Shown: positions 24,747 to 37,584 of the stretch, piece after piece | How positions within the stretch are numbered: position 1 is the first letter of the stretch | How the letters are laid out: the number at the start of each line of letters is the position of its first letter | Origin: Podospora anserina | Taxonomy: Eukaryota | Direction of reading: 5' to 3' | DNA length: 64,000 bases | Assembly (NCBI GenBank): GCA_017654855.1 | Contig: CM030337.1 | Location: 682,001 to 746,000 of the forward strand | The notes under the pieces: model-generated | Told to the model about the DNA's origin: nothing | Databases searched by the model: none | Seen by the model: the letters and a program-made list of their open reading frames with translations, nothing else | Made by a program: the position numbers and the translations under genes

Positions 24747-25946
24747 GCGACCTGGGTGGAGCAGATGACGACGGCTGAGCAGGAGGGGCGGGTGGTGCTG
24801 GCTCAGGAGCGATTGGGACATTTTCCTTCGCTGGTCCCTTCGCAGCACTGCCCTTGCTATCGGCATCCGCTTTGGCTGCATCCATTCTGGCCTTGCGGTG
24901 AGCGTTGCTAGAGCTCAGACCCAGGTCACGCTGTAGGATACGCGCAGCAGCAGCAATGCCTGCCCTACGGCTCTTCGATGGAGCCTCCGAAGACGCGGAT
25001 GGTGCGCTGGACTGAGTTGACTTTTGGATGGCTGCCACCTTAGCAGCCTCCGCGGCAGCCTCTGCAGCGGCAACAGCCTTCTTGGTCAAGATCTTGACCG
25101 ACTCCCTGGGCCTCTCGGGTGCCTTTTCGGTGGCCCTCTCCCTTTCGGTTCTCGACTCTCTGTCCCGGGTGCTTCTCCTCTTGGGTTCCTCAGCACTGGT
25201 AGCTGGTGCCTTGCCCTTCCCAGTCAGTGACTCCGTTCTGGCATGTTTCATTGCGATCTTAGCAGCAGCGATTTCCTTTGCCTTGGCAGCCTTCCTCTCC
25301 TTCAGATACTCAATCAGAGGTGTCGTGGTGGTCTTTTCGGGTTCCTCTTCGGGCTCCGGTTCAGCAGTGACACCCTCTTTGTTCCCGTCTGGGCTTGCAA
25401 GGCTCTCCAGAAAAGCCATGAACTCCGGGTCTTGATCGATGGTCCCTTGTCGGCCGTCCACACGCTTCTTCTCGCTGGGAATCTTCTTGTAGACGGAGAA
25501 CTCGACGGTTGGTGGAGCGACAAGGGCTGGATCGTTGTAGGTCTCCTTCGCATCTTCCCACTTGGCCTCTTGTACCTTGCGGAGGAGTTCTGGCAACTGA
25601 TCTCTCTGCGAGACATGGAGATATGCCCGAGCTGGTGTCGACGGTTTTGAAGGGCTAGTCTCATGTCAATATGGGGCGAGAGGCTGTCTGATCATGGCAC
25701 TTACTGTTGCGAGACCTTACCAGGATACCACTTGTACCAGTCGACCTTGCCATCTCCGAGTTTCCATTCATTGCCCAAAATGGCATGGAACTCTGCTTCG
25801 GTGAGACCTGGTGGTAGGCGACGGATCACGACTTTTTCTCCATTGGCGTGTGCCTTGGTCTTGGTTGCTTTTGGGGAATCGGCTGAAGACTGGGCGACTG
25901 CTGTAGTGCCGTTTGCCTTTCGTGATAACAACTGTGGAGTTGACAT
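23827..25946 (-). CDS. UPF3: Nonsense-mediated decay factor UPF3/Smg-4 with polyQ tract and a second C-terminal RRM; intron 25655-25704
   Basis: KVVIRRLPPGLTEAEF, YPGK, spliced PSKPSTPARAYLH, GTIDQDPEFMAFLESL and TTPLIEYLKE are characteristic UPF3 motifs. Confidence 0.9.
24693..24747. repeat. CAA/CAG trinucleotide repeat encoding the Q18 tract of UPF3
   Basis: (TTG)n/(CTG)n visible on the + strand; the translation shows the polyQ tract. Confidence 0.9.
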
Positions 25947-26670
25947 GGTCAAGCTGTGTGGTGGTTGAACCAGATATGATGAGGCTACCAGGTATGATGA
26001 TAATTAATGCTCGATGTCTGTGGGTTGGCTCACTCGGTGTAAGCGGGGTTCTCAGAAAACACTGATTGCGCCACGCAATTTATGGGTCTTTAAAATGACT
26101 GAAATGATTAAAGAAAGCGCGACAGCTGGTAGAGAATTCACAGTCCCTTCGTCTAAAGGAAACATGTGACTGAGTGAAAGGGCGCTGGTGACTGTGTGAG
26201 GGTAAGTGACAGTGAGAGATGGCTTTACAAGGTTGAAGGGCCCCAGAAATCCAGACTCCGATAAACAGGTGGGGGCCAGCCTTATCAGCCTCTTCCCTGT
26301 CAATGTCATCAGGGTCCCCTTCCAATTGGCAACGCACGGACCATGATCTTGATCCCACCACCAACTTGGCTGCTGGCTGAGTGCTTGGCTCTGACGCCGT
26401 CGCTGAGCGCGTAAATCTCGGCTGAGAGAGCCTGCTTTCGCTCCCCGCCTTACACAATCACCAACTACTACTTCTCGACCGAGATTGGCTGCTATAAGCT
26501 CTGCTGCTGCTATTCTCGGCCTGCCCTTGATTTGATACCCCCGAGATCACTATCGCTCCGTGTGTAACAAGCATCATTCGACGAAAACAAACGACCGTCC
26601 AGAACACACTTGCGCAATACCTCGTCCCCTCCCCTCCCTCCCTCCCCACCAACCCCCTAATTCCAGAACC

Positions 26671-27969
26671 ATGACCGCAGCGCCAAAGCCGGGCCCGGCG
26701 AATCTCCGACCCGGAGCCGGTCTCGACGAGTGGCTCGAAGAAGCAAAACAATGCCACTACCTACCAGAGTCTGTCATGAAGCAGCTCTGCGAAATGGTCA
26801 AAGAGGTCCTGATGGAGGAGTCCAACATCCAACCAGTAGTCACCCCTGTCACCATCTGCGGCGACATCCACGGCCAGTTCTACGATCTCCTAGAGCTCTT
26901 CCGAGTGGCTGGTGGCATGCCGGGCGACAACAACGTCCAGGCGCCCCAGACAGTCACAGCAGTCATCACATCCGACGACATTGAGCCCCCGAGCGAAATC
27001 ACCGATCCCAAGCTGCAAAAGAAGGTCATAAATTCTGGCCCGGCCCCAATAAGTACAGATCCAAACGAAACGATCGTCGAGGGGGACACAACCACCGAGG
27101 CCATCCTCCCTCCAAACGAGGGGCTCACCCAGTCAGCAGACACCAAGTTTGTCTTTTTGGGCGATTTCGTCGACAGAGGGTATTTCAGTCTGGAAACATT
27201 TACTCTCTTAATGTGTCTAAAAGCCAAGTCTGGATCTCCCTTCCCTTTCTGAGCCCAACCCCCACTAACATCCCTTCCTAGATACCCCGACAGAATAGTC
27301 CTCGTCCGCGGCAACCACGAATCCCGTCAAATCACCCAAGTCTACGGCTTCTACGAAGAATGCCAGCAAAAATACGGCAACGCCTCCGTTTGGAAGGCCT
27401 GCTGCCAAGTCTTTGATTTTCTAGTCCTCGCAGCAATCGTGGACGGGACCGTCCTGTGCGTCCACGGCGGCCTGTCGCCCGAAATTAGAACCATCGACCA
27501 GATCCGTGTTGTGGCTAGAGCGCAGGAGATCCCGCATGAAGGCGCGTTTTGCGATTTGGTGTGGAGTGACCCGGAGGATATCGACACGTGGGCGGTGAGC
27601 CCGAGAGGAGCGGGTTGGCTGTTTGGCGATAAGGTCGCTACCGAGTTTAACCACGTGAATGGGCTGAAGACGATTGCGAGGGCGCATCAGTTGGTGAATG
27701 AGGGTTACAAGGTATGTGTTTTTCGGGATTCTGTGTGTCTGGGGGGTTTGAGGGATGTTTGCTAATGATGTTGTTAGTATCACTTTAGCGAACGGTCGGT
27801 GGTGACGGTCTGGTCAGCACCGAATTACTGCTATCGCTGTGGTAATGTGGCGTCGATCATGACGGTGGACGAGCAGCTCAATACCAAGTTTAGCATCTTC
27901 TCGGCTGTGCCGGATGATCAGCGCCATGTGCCAGCTGGGAGGAGAGGGCCGGGTGATTACTTCCTGTAG
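26671..27969 (+). CDS. SIT4: PP6/SIT4-type Ser/Thr phosphatase catalytic subunit; introns 27228-27281 and 27712-27777
   Basis: [46 protein letters not shown] and C-terminal DYFL. The N-terminus [15 protein letters not shown] is Sit4-like. Confidence 0.92.
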
Positions 27970-28682
27970 AGGGAGGCAGGGGAGGGCTATCGATCCTGGG
28001 TAGCAACCAACCACGGGATGACGTGTTGTAGCGTCTTGTCGGCTAAGAGACCTGTTTTGATGCGGTGCACGAGGGAAACCGGCGTTTTACATGTTGTTAT
28101 ATTTGTCGGGGGCACATGGCAATTGATTTTTTGGACGGGATGATGAATAACTGGGATGAACATTTGATAAACTACTAGCATTGAGTTGGGTTGGTTGATT
28201 GGTCATTTTTGGGAGGGTGGGAGAAAGAGATGCTTGTATATTGTATACTGTCACTTTTTCATCAAGCGGACCTTTTTGAGGGGTGTTTGAACTATTGAGT
28301 GGCTTTGGGCTTTCTGATATACCCGACTTTTGTTGTATTACCTATTTTTTGGGGGGGGGTAAAAATAGAAGACAGACGGGGGGATGGAGATGTCTTGGAG
28401 CCCAAGCGTTTCTGAAGAACTGAAGTGTTGAAAGGTACAAAGAAAGCTGAGTATTTTGATATCTATAAGTTTGATGCTCTCTATACATGATGGGAAATTC
28501 TCAATGCCCGTTCTCCGCCGTGGAAAGCCAAAAAAATAAAATAAAAACTAAAATGTCAAAAGATGGTCAAGAGAAAGCAAAAACGCCCCGTATTATGCCT
28601 GTCCCACCATCACCCCCGTTGCACCCTTCGTACTCCACGGCCCCCCACATCTGGCGTATAATACCCAATCTTCACCTCCTAG

Positions 28683-31165
28683 TTAAACTATTACCCTTCG
28701 CACCTCCACCCCCTTCCCCTTCTCCTTCTCCTCCACCACAACCTTCACCCCGGGCAGTTGTCCCAAACTGCCAGATGACCCCTCCCCCATCCCACCGGAC
28801 CCAGATTGATCACTCCCCGAACTCCCAACCCTCTCCCCCTGGATAACCACTTGTTTTTCCCCCCCAGCCCGGGCACTCACCCTCTCCAGCATCCTCGCCT
28901 GTGACCGTCTCCGTTGCTCCTCAATCTTTTGCTGCTGCTCCTCCTTCCGCTGCCGGATCGCAAGACAAAACTTGGAGTTGGACCTGATCTTGTCCCCCTG
29001 CCAGAGAAACACAAACGGAATAGCACACATGAGCGTGCTCACGCCCCCAAGCAGCGAGCAAGCACCGCTTATCCCCAACTTCTCAAACATGGGGAGAGTA
29101 GCCAAAGGCAAGACAGTAGCGAGCAAAGAGCGGGAGGTTGACGCGGCAGCGTTGGCAGACGCGGCGTAGACTTCGTACGCGTCGGTCAAATAGTTCCTAT
29201 CCCCATCACACCCAACATCAGTAACTATCACGGGAAGGGGGGTTAGGGGAGGGGGACAAACAAGAGAGCCTGGAAAATACACATAAACCCCACCCCAAAC
29301 GGCACCCCCGCCAGCATCGGCACAAAAAAGTGAACCCCCTCCTTCGCCGTCCATCCCAACCAAAAAAGACTAATCACAAACATCGGCCCCCCGACACACG
29401 CGAGCGGTAGCCGTCTGTACTCCTCCTGTCTAGTCCACGCCTTGTTCCTCGCCATCGCCGACCTCAGAACACTATCCCACACAAAAAAGATCGGCAACGC
29501 GAGTAAGCACCCCGCCCCAACGGCCAGATACGTCAACCCGCACTCCCCCGGCGAGAGCCCATAAACCCCAGTGAAAATGATCGGAAACGCCTCAAAACAC
29601 ATGTAAAAGATGGCATAACAAAGCGCGAGGTAAGCACACGAAGTGTTAACGATCGGCTCCGTGACGAGCATCTTGATGGGCCGGTATAAAACAACAGTCG
29701 TCAACTCCCTGAACGACTTCTTCTCCATCTCATGCAGCGCCACCACCCTAGCCTTGGCGTCATGAAGGCGAATCTCCTCAGCGCGTCGCTTGAGGAGGAC
29801 AGGACCGTATGTTTCTGGGAGGAAGAACAAGGGGACAAGTGTGCATCCCGCGTAAATAAGTCCAATCCAGAACGCCCATCTCCAGCCGATTGTTTCGGAG
29901 CAGTAGCCTGATATGATTGGGGCGAGTAAAGGCCCGGAGACGGTCGTCATGAAGAATAACCCCATGTTCCTCCCTCGAGTGCGAGGGTTGGGGGAGATGT
30001 CGGCGATTATCCCTGGGACGATGGCGATGGGGGCGGAGGCGAAGGTTCCGGTTAGGAGGCGGAAGATGAGGAAGAAGATCCAGCTGTTTGCGAGGGCGGT
30101 TGCGAGGGTGAAGGCGGTGAATATTAGGAAGGTGATCATTGTTGGGATTTTGCGGCCGAATTGCTCGGAAAGGGGGGCCCAGAGGATGGGGCCCATGACG
30201 TAGCCGATCAGATAGACGGAGATGGGGAGGACTTGTTGGGATTCGTTGGTAATGTCCCATTTGTCTGAGATAAAAGGCAGGGCGTTGGCTGGGAGGGCAG
30301 AGCCCATGGTTGAGTTGATGATGAGCATCATGCAAGTGATGAGGATGCAGGCTTTCTTGCCGGGGGACCACTCGTGCGGGTTGCCCGTGTCGTGGTCGGG
30401 TTCCCAGGAGACGATCATTTCTTCTTCATCGTCCGAGGTGGCGTGGCTGGAGGCGTAGTATGGAAAGGGGGTAGAAGTGGCGGGTGACTTTTTGAGGGAG
30501 GAGCTTTTGGTGAGGGTTCCGGTTGGTGGTTGGGGGTATTGGGTTTGTTGCTGTTGCTGTTGAGCGGGTTCAAAGGCCGCGATATCAAGCTCGCCGGCGA
30601 GAATGCTCATGCATGTTGGGCAGCGAGGATGAGCCTGCTCTGGAACCTGGGGTTCTTCCCGGTTCTCCCCACTGCTCTCGCCAACATCTCGCGCGGGCTG
30701 CGTGCTTGCCATTGACACCCCTCGGCCCTCAGTGCCTCCAGCGGCGGCCAGGATAGCCTGAACTTCCTCTTTCGACAAGCCCAGAATATCAAAGGAGCAC
30801 TCCCGTTTCACCGATCCATCGGGTGATACCACTCGCTGGCACATATCTGGTGTAGAAACTGTGGCACGAAGAGCGGATGGTGGGCGAGCTCGTGTGGTCC
30901 TGATTAACGGAAACGCTCTGGGGACCTGCGTCAGAGTTGCTTCTTCCGAGACCGTTTCGATCACGTCTTTCTCCTGTGGTGCTTCGACCTCTTTCTCACT
31001 CTCCCGGATAGCTTCTTCGTCTTTGGGTTCCTCAACTACGGGTTCATCAGACTTCTCGGGAACATCGAGTGTTGTCTGAGTGTCATGATAGCTCTGGAAG
31101 GATGGCCTGTGGTGAACATCGTCTCCTCCGTCGTACTGGCTGCTGGTTCGCTGTGGTTCTTCCAT
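28683..31165 (-). CDS. MFS drug:H+ antiporter (DHA1 family) with long N-terminal extension; intron 29197-29261
   Basis: W..D..NPHEWS..KK, WAPLSEQFGRK, IGWRWAFW, LPETYGPVLL, EEYRRLP and spliced ALLNYLTDAY..YAASA motifs; multiple TM helices. Confidence 0.9.
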
Positions 31166-32560
31166 GGCGATCAGGAAGCTTGATCGACTACCCAAAATCT
31201 ACAGCCAGGAGGTGAAGGTTGGGTGTGGAGGACAGGGCCCTGGTGATTGTAAAAGAGTGTATTGGTCGAAGTGTCAGTCACCAAGTCTGGCCAGAAGCAA
31301 AAATCCAACTCCGGGGAGCAGAAGATCAAATATCCCATCCACAGCTCGAGAGAGCGTGGACAGACGGCGCCGTGGGCGAGCTGAAGCAACCGATCACACA
31401 TGTCAGAGTGTAGCCCGCAGCACCAGAAAGAAGGCCACCAAGGTAGTTGGTTGCCGGGCATCACTGTGCATATTCTCCTGAAAAGCTTGAAAAGACCCTA
31501 GGAGAGGTAATGTGTTGGTCCTCTGTAACCATCGGGTCGGTGATAGCCCGGTTGCCGTTGAATTAGCTTTCGAAAAGACGGGACTAATGGGTCTAATGTC
31601 CCGTCTAGTAGGACAGAGTTAGAACGGCGTCGATGTGATAACGTGCACCACGAGACTGGGCCAACTGCAGGCCCGACGAAGGTGAGGTGAGCTGCCTTCT
31701 TTTCGGCGATAGCATTGCATCTCGACTCCTGTAGGGTGTGTGAGTTGACGGTGAGCTGTCATGATCTATCATATCGTGACAATGGACGAAGACAGCACCA
31801 GGCATCTCAGAGGCCCGGCCGAGAAATAAGGAGTCATCTGCAGGACTTGGCGGTCAATTGTCAAGTCCCGCACCCTGCATTTATGGGTGTCGGGTATCTG
31901 AACACCCACTATACCACAGCTCGAAGATGTAGTACGTGGTGGCTACTTCACAAGGGGACCTCCCCCCTGATTGGGGCTGAAACTGGCCCATGGAAAGGGT
32001 ATCTGGAACGCGCAAGGCTCAGTCGTAGGGCCAAACTACCGGGCCGTAGCATCGAGGTCTTGCTACTAAGTTTTGACGCGTTCCTAGCGGGATGATGTCA
32101 AACTCACGTCTGTGGGACATTAACGAAGCAAGTCTTAATGGAGATTCAGATTGGATTTCTTGATATTGCGCGCAAGACGGGATGCTATGTGCATTAGCAA
32201 TGCCCAACCCAACTATCGTGCTTGGATGTAGCTTACGAATTACTACACCCAGACCCCTTCATGAACGAATCTCCAATGGCACTGTAGCCAGTAGATCAAA
32301 TGAGTCCCGAACAAGTGGTGATGTGTCGGTCTCTCTCCTCCATCCCAAACCAGGCGTCGAGTTGGTCACAGGGTGGTTTCTCAAACTTGGATCATTGCCC
32401 CATCGTTTTCCTGCAAGATTCACAGAGTCAGGAGATGTCGGGGAACGGTGGCAGGTGAAAAGTGCAGACGTCGGGCAGGGGAATGCGGGGAGCCATCACC
32501 GCTGACATGCAGTAAGATGTTTCACATGTCTCGCAAAGAAGAGCTGTCCATTTCCTCCCA

Positions 32561-33148
32561 TCATGTCTCGAGGTTGATAGTCTTTCCAAATCGCGCATAC
32601 AGCTCCACCTTCAGCTGCGTCATTTCCTCCCGAATGGTGGCCATCTTGTCCTCCAACTCCCCGATTTCCTCCTCGATCTTGGCTGTTGAGAGGCCAAGGA
32701 GCTCCTGTGCCTGTGGTAGCGGCAGGTGGAAGAAGGCGTCTCCAATCTTGTACCTGGTAAATGTCAGAGCATGTGGCGGGAGATAATGATGCAGGAAGCA
32801 GAGAAAAACTCACGGAACAAGGTCATCCTCGTCGGCGAGCTCAAGTTCCGTCGTGATGTCGTCAAGCTCTTCCTTTTCTTTCTGTGCGGGGTTCAGCAAG
32901 GCTAGTTTCTGAAGCTGTGAACAGAGTTGTCTCACGTTTTTTACTTTGAGCTCCTCCTCGAGTGTGAGTTCGTGGGAGTGGAGGCGGCTGAATTTATTGA
33001 TCTTGTCCTGATCCTCACGGCGGACCTCGATCTCATCCCCTACTGCATCCTCCTCCTCCTTGGTCAACTGGGTGAGAGTTAGCAATGTTGACAGCAGAAT
33101 TCACAGGCCCATCGACGGAAATCTTACCATTCTCCTGCTCAAATTCAT
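32561..33148 (-). CDS. GIM3: Prefoldin subunit 4 (4 exons)
   Basis: Spliced reading EVRREDQDKINKFSRL...ELELADEDDLVP|YKIGDAFFHLP...LKVELYARFGKTINLET. Confidence 0.92.
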
Positions 33149-33503
33149 CTTGGCGGGTTTTGTCTATTTTCCTCTATTCCACGCAACGAGGATATCTGGA
33201 AGTTCAAGAAGGGTTGTCGTCTTGTCAGGCAGAAAGCTGTCGTTCAACTCGGTGGGATGGGGGGGACCCCACCATCAGAGATCTACAAGGTTGAAGGTGG
33301 GGCGAGGTCTGTTTATTCTCCGATTGGCCAGACACCTTTGAAACCTGCAAGTCAACAAACAAGCACCAGCACTTCTTTCATCATCATCAACCTCGTTTTC
33401 TCAATTCTTCTTGAAAGGTGTCGGTCTTTCATCTCATTTATCTATTGCTCTCTTCAAGAGTCACTGTGTGCCACGCGTTTTATCAACAATTCCAGCAGTC
33501 AAA

Positions 33504-33899
33504 ATGCCCGGTCAAAAGCTGTATCCACGTGCGACGGTCAAGAAAATCGTCAAGGCTCACTCCAATTGCAGCGTGAGCAAGAACGCAGATGTCATGGTAT
33601 GCCATTTTCAAGTCTTTATTCACGCGTGTTTTTGGGACTAACCAGGATTTAGATCTTTCTGGACTACATGCTGTTTATGCAAGAGTAAGCTCATCATCAC
33701 CCATCCCTATGAGATGGCACATACTGACTGAAAGTAGTCTGGTGAAAGAAGCCTCCATTGAAGCCAAAAAGGGTGGTGAAAGGGGCATCACGGCACGCAG
33801 TGTGAAGAAGGTGACGGCGGTAAGCAACCCTACTCTCGTTTGCAAAGCACTGGCTGACCTTGTGTTTTCTAGGATTCATTGGCCAAGTTCAAAGGATGA
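33504..33899 (+). CDS. Small histone-fold protein, CENP-W/Wip1-like kinetochore subunit (4 exons)
   Basis: Spliced MPGQKLYPRATVKKIVKAHSNCSVSKNADVM|IFLDYMLFMQD|LVKEASIEAK...|DSLAKFKG matches the CENP-W pattern (PR..VK+IVK...AD.LI.L.Y.LF...L..EA...KFKG). Confidence 0.78.
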
Positions 33900-34689
33900 A
33901 TGACAAGGCGACAAGGCCAAGGGACCCAAAACTAGTTTTGCCGTTGGCTTCGTATTATTGTATGCAGAGAATGGCTTGATGACGCCGTGTCTGTTCACTG
34001 AGGTCCGGTCAAAGCCCGGCAGAGTGGGGATCAACCCGGCCGAGACGGAGCCCGCGACCGAGAGAGAGATCGGGTGTGGGGAGGTGTGCACCGAGATGGA
34101 TGAATGCGAATATCTCGGAGTAGGAGACATTGTGTGACTGCAAATCAGAACACTTTATGTCTATAGGTGGGCACCATGCAGCTGGTAATCAAACCAATAT
34201 AGATGGTTGAGTAGGCACCCGTTGTCTATGGTTATGCTGCCTTGTTGTTTCCTGCTGCTTCTGCACGGTTCCAAACCCTCAGCCTGAGCCTCCAAAGGGC
34301 AGCCAATCGTGTGTGAGGCGTGGACGGCTTGGCCCATGCTTTCAGAAATCCGGGGCGGGAAGGAGCTCCCAAAAGAAAGAAAGCACGCCGCTTTCTTTTG
34401 CAGCTTCAAATTTTCAAGTCGACTCTTTATTTACTTGATACCTTGCCTACATAAACCTACCAATCTCTGTTTTTTCCGATTTCTGCTGAGAAGTCGTGAG
34501 CCAATCTCGAATTGCCACCATTTCTTGCATCCCACCTCCCACCTCCTCCCACCAAGCAACCTAGCCACCGACTCCATCCGTCTGGTCTCTACCCCACAAT
34601 TAGCGGCGCCTTAAGACCAGAGCTCTCTGTTTGGGCTGAACACTCACCACAACACCACAGCTCAATTGTACTATTCACATCGAACCGCC

Positions 34690-36248
34690 ATGGCTCCCAC
34701 TACTGTCCAGAATCCTCCGGCGCCCGTCGAGTCCAAAACCGCCCAGAAGAAGAAGGCCAAGGCTGCTGCTGCTGCTGTCAAGGCCGCTACCGGCACCGAG
34801 TCTCCTGCCCCTGCTTCCGTTGCCGGCGGCGAGAACCCAGATGACAGCTCTGAGAATGGCTACATCCGCGAGCTTTCCAAGTAGGCAGTATCCCCAGACA
34901 AAATGAGTCGATTCAATTGCTGACGCATCGTGCTTGCAGGAACATCCGCAACCTCAACAAGAAGATCGTAAGTTGGCTGCCACGCCACTCCCACCTCGCC
35001 TGCTCCCATCCGCTGACCGATTTCCTAGTCTAATGGTGCTAGAATCGAGAATTTGATCAACGAGCATAGTGGCAAGTCGCTCGAGGAGCTCGTAGCTGCC
35101 AAGATCATCAATGCCGACCAGGCTGCCTCGCACCTGAAACGCCCCTCCCTTCAGAACCAGCTCGCCCAGTTCGAGAAGGAGCTTGCCATGCACAAGCAGA
35201 TCGAGGCCGACCACCGTTCCCATCTGAGCCAGCTGGAGACTACGCTGAAGGAGAAGTTCGAGAAGGAGAAGGAGGAGCTTGTTGCTGAGACAAAGCAAAA
35301 GGTCGAGGCCGAGGCCGACGAGAAACTGAGGGGCTACCTTTTGGCTCTCTCGCAGTTCCTTCGTCTCGCTGCTGCCCGCCGTCTCGCCGAGGCTGATAGC
35401 TCGATTGATGAGAATGCGGCTATCGAAGGTGTTCTTCTCCATATCTACTGTGGTGATAATGATTCCGTCACCGAGATGCTCAAGTTGGTCCAGGGATCAG
35501 ATGAGCGCGTCCTTGGTGTTGAGGGGAGGTTACTGAAGACTACCTGCAAGTTGCTGATCGGTCGCTATTGTCAAAGGTGTGCTAACTCTTTGTAGTTGCC
35601 GATATCAAGGAGGAGGCTTATGCCCATCTGAACCCAAACTACAAGCGTCCCAAGCCAACCGAGCCCGAGTTTGCGGAAGAGCTGAAGTTGGACGAGTACG
35701 AGTCGACCGTTTTGGTCGAGACTGACCCAACAGTTGCCAATGCCGGTCTCACCGAGGTTGACGATGGCTCTGCCGTCGCTTTGACAAACGGCCATGGCCA
35801 GGACGTCTCGTCTGCTAGCGGCGGTGCTCCCGGCAACGCCGATGTCGCCGACAGCGCCGCCAATGCCGCTGGCGAGAACCAGTGGGATACCGGCAACACC
35901 ATCTCGGACTCGCAGGAATGGGTTAGTGTCAACGTTCCCCGCGATCTCGGCGAGACGGAGACCGGTGCGGCCGCTACGCCTGCCCAGCCTACTGCCCCGG
36001 TTACCAACCAGTCGTGGGCTGACGAGCATCCCGAGACGGCGGCCGAGGCTACCACCCCTGCCGATGATGGATTTCACCAGATCCCGAGCCGCAGCCGTGG
36101 CAGCCGTGATGGTGGCCACCGTGGTCGTGGCGGTTTCCGTGGCCGCGGTGGTGGTTTCCGCGGTGATGGCCGTGGACGCGGTCGTGGCCGTGGTGGTGAT
36201 CGCGGGGGTTTCCCCTCGCGTCCTCGCCGGGAAGAAAGCCAGGGTTAG
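34690..36248 (+). CDS. Caprin-like RNA-binding protein: coiled coil, acidic linker, C-terminal RGG box (4 exons, including a 28-nt microexon and a GC-AG intron)
   Basis: ELSK|NIRNLNKKI...INADQ resembles the caprin HR1 region. SWADE and DDGFHQI motifs precede an RGRGGFRGRGGGFRGDGRGRGRG tail. Confidence 0.7.
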
Positions 36249-36981
36249 TAATCCTGGTCTGATCGTTTCTGGGATGGGCGCACACAGGGTTGATCTCGTC
36301 TCGCATCTCTGGTTGACCAGAGTGTTCGTCGTTGTGCATTTCATGGTTTTGACGGCGTTTCCCATATGATTGCACGCACACATACCAAAAACAGGAATTC
36401 ACACAGGAGCATGGCTTGTATGAGCTTTTTAGAAAGAGAAAAAGGAGGGTTACTTAATTTTCATTGCGGCCGCTTCTGCAGGCCTTAATTGGCAATGTAC
36501 ATTACAAAGGGCATCAACAAAAAACGGACTCTGGAGGGAAACATCATGGGTGGCGCGGCGGAGAGATATGGTGGCAACTACAGGACATGAAATGGCGGGG
36601 CGGACGGACTTTATGAACAGGGTGAACAACATAATCAAGCAAAGTCCTAGGACGACACGGGACTTGCGAGACGAGCTTAATTAGGTTGGGTGTTTGTGAA
36701 CTGCGGTTTTTTTTTTTTTGGTTTTTTTTATGGGCGCAGGTATGGAACGAGTTGCTTGTCTGGTGGGCTCTCTGGCTCTCTTTTTGAAGGGGGAAAAAAG
36801 GGGGTCTGGAGTTGTATCATAGGATGGGCGAAAATAAATACTTGGCTCATACTATTATTTGCGTGTGAATTGTGTTGTTGATTTTTGATGTCCCTGTCGC
36901 ACCACCAAAACCATACACCCAGCAGCAACAGAGCCACGGTCCAATCAGGGCTGAAAGACACCTCTCGACGGGGTGATTTCT

Positions 36982-37584
36982 TTACTTGAACCCCCTGAAC
37001 GGTGTCCCCAGGGCTCTCCCCTTGTCGTCGAATTTAACGCCTTCTCTTCTGAGGAGTTCTTTTTTCTCGATGAGGGCGTCTACGCCTCCTACACCGTCGG
37101 GGCTTTTGCGGGAGATTTTGCCTTTGAAGCCGCCTAGGGAGTTGCCTGTTGCTAGGACGCGGTGGCTTTATCCTCGAGTTAGCTTTCAAGTATGATGGAA
37201 GGGGGGGCAAACATACCAGGGAACCCCGGGAGCAAAGGGGTTTTTCCTTAGGGCGTTGCCGACTGCTCGGGGGGAAGACTTCAGATGTGTGGACATTAAG
37301 GCGTAGGTTGTGAAGGAGCCTGGGGGGATGGTGAGGAGGAGGTGGTAGACTTTTTTTTCGAAGGGTGTGATTTTGGGGGAGGTGTTGATTAGGGTTTTGT
37401 AGTTTGGGGGTTGGGGGGCGGTGGAGATGGAGGAGTGTTTTCTTTTGGTGGTGGTTGTGGTGGTGGCGGTGGTTGTGAGGAGAGGGGTTGTTGTTGATGG
37501 GGGTGTGGGAGGGAAGAATGCTGGGGAGTCTCTGGGGGAGGGGAATGTGAAGGGGGTCGTTGGGGGGGCTGTTAGGGTTGTCAT
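36982..37584 (-). CDS. MGT1: O6-methylguanine-DNA methyltransferase (single C-terminal domain); intron 37166-37216
   Basis: ITPFEKKVY..LLTIPPG...TY, PRAVGNALRKNP, spliced active site VPCHRV, LGGF and KKELLRREGV. Confidence 0.82.

Noticed and set aside
37186-37584. Alkyltransferase-like (PWHR) protein call
   Set aside because: The Trp comes from reading into the intron; the spliced motif is PCHR.
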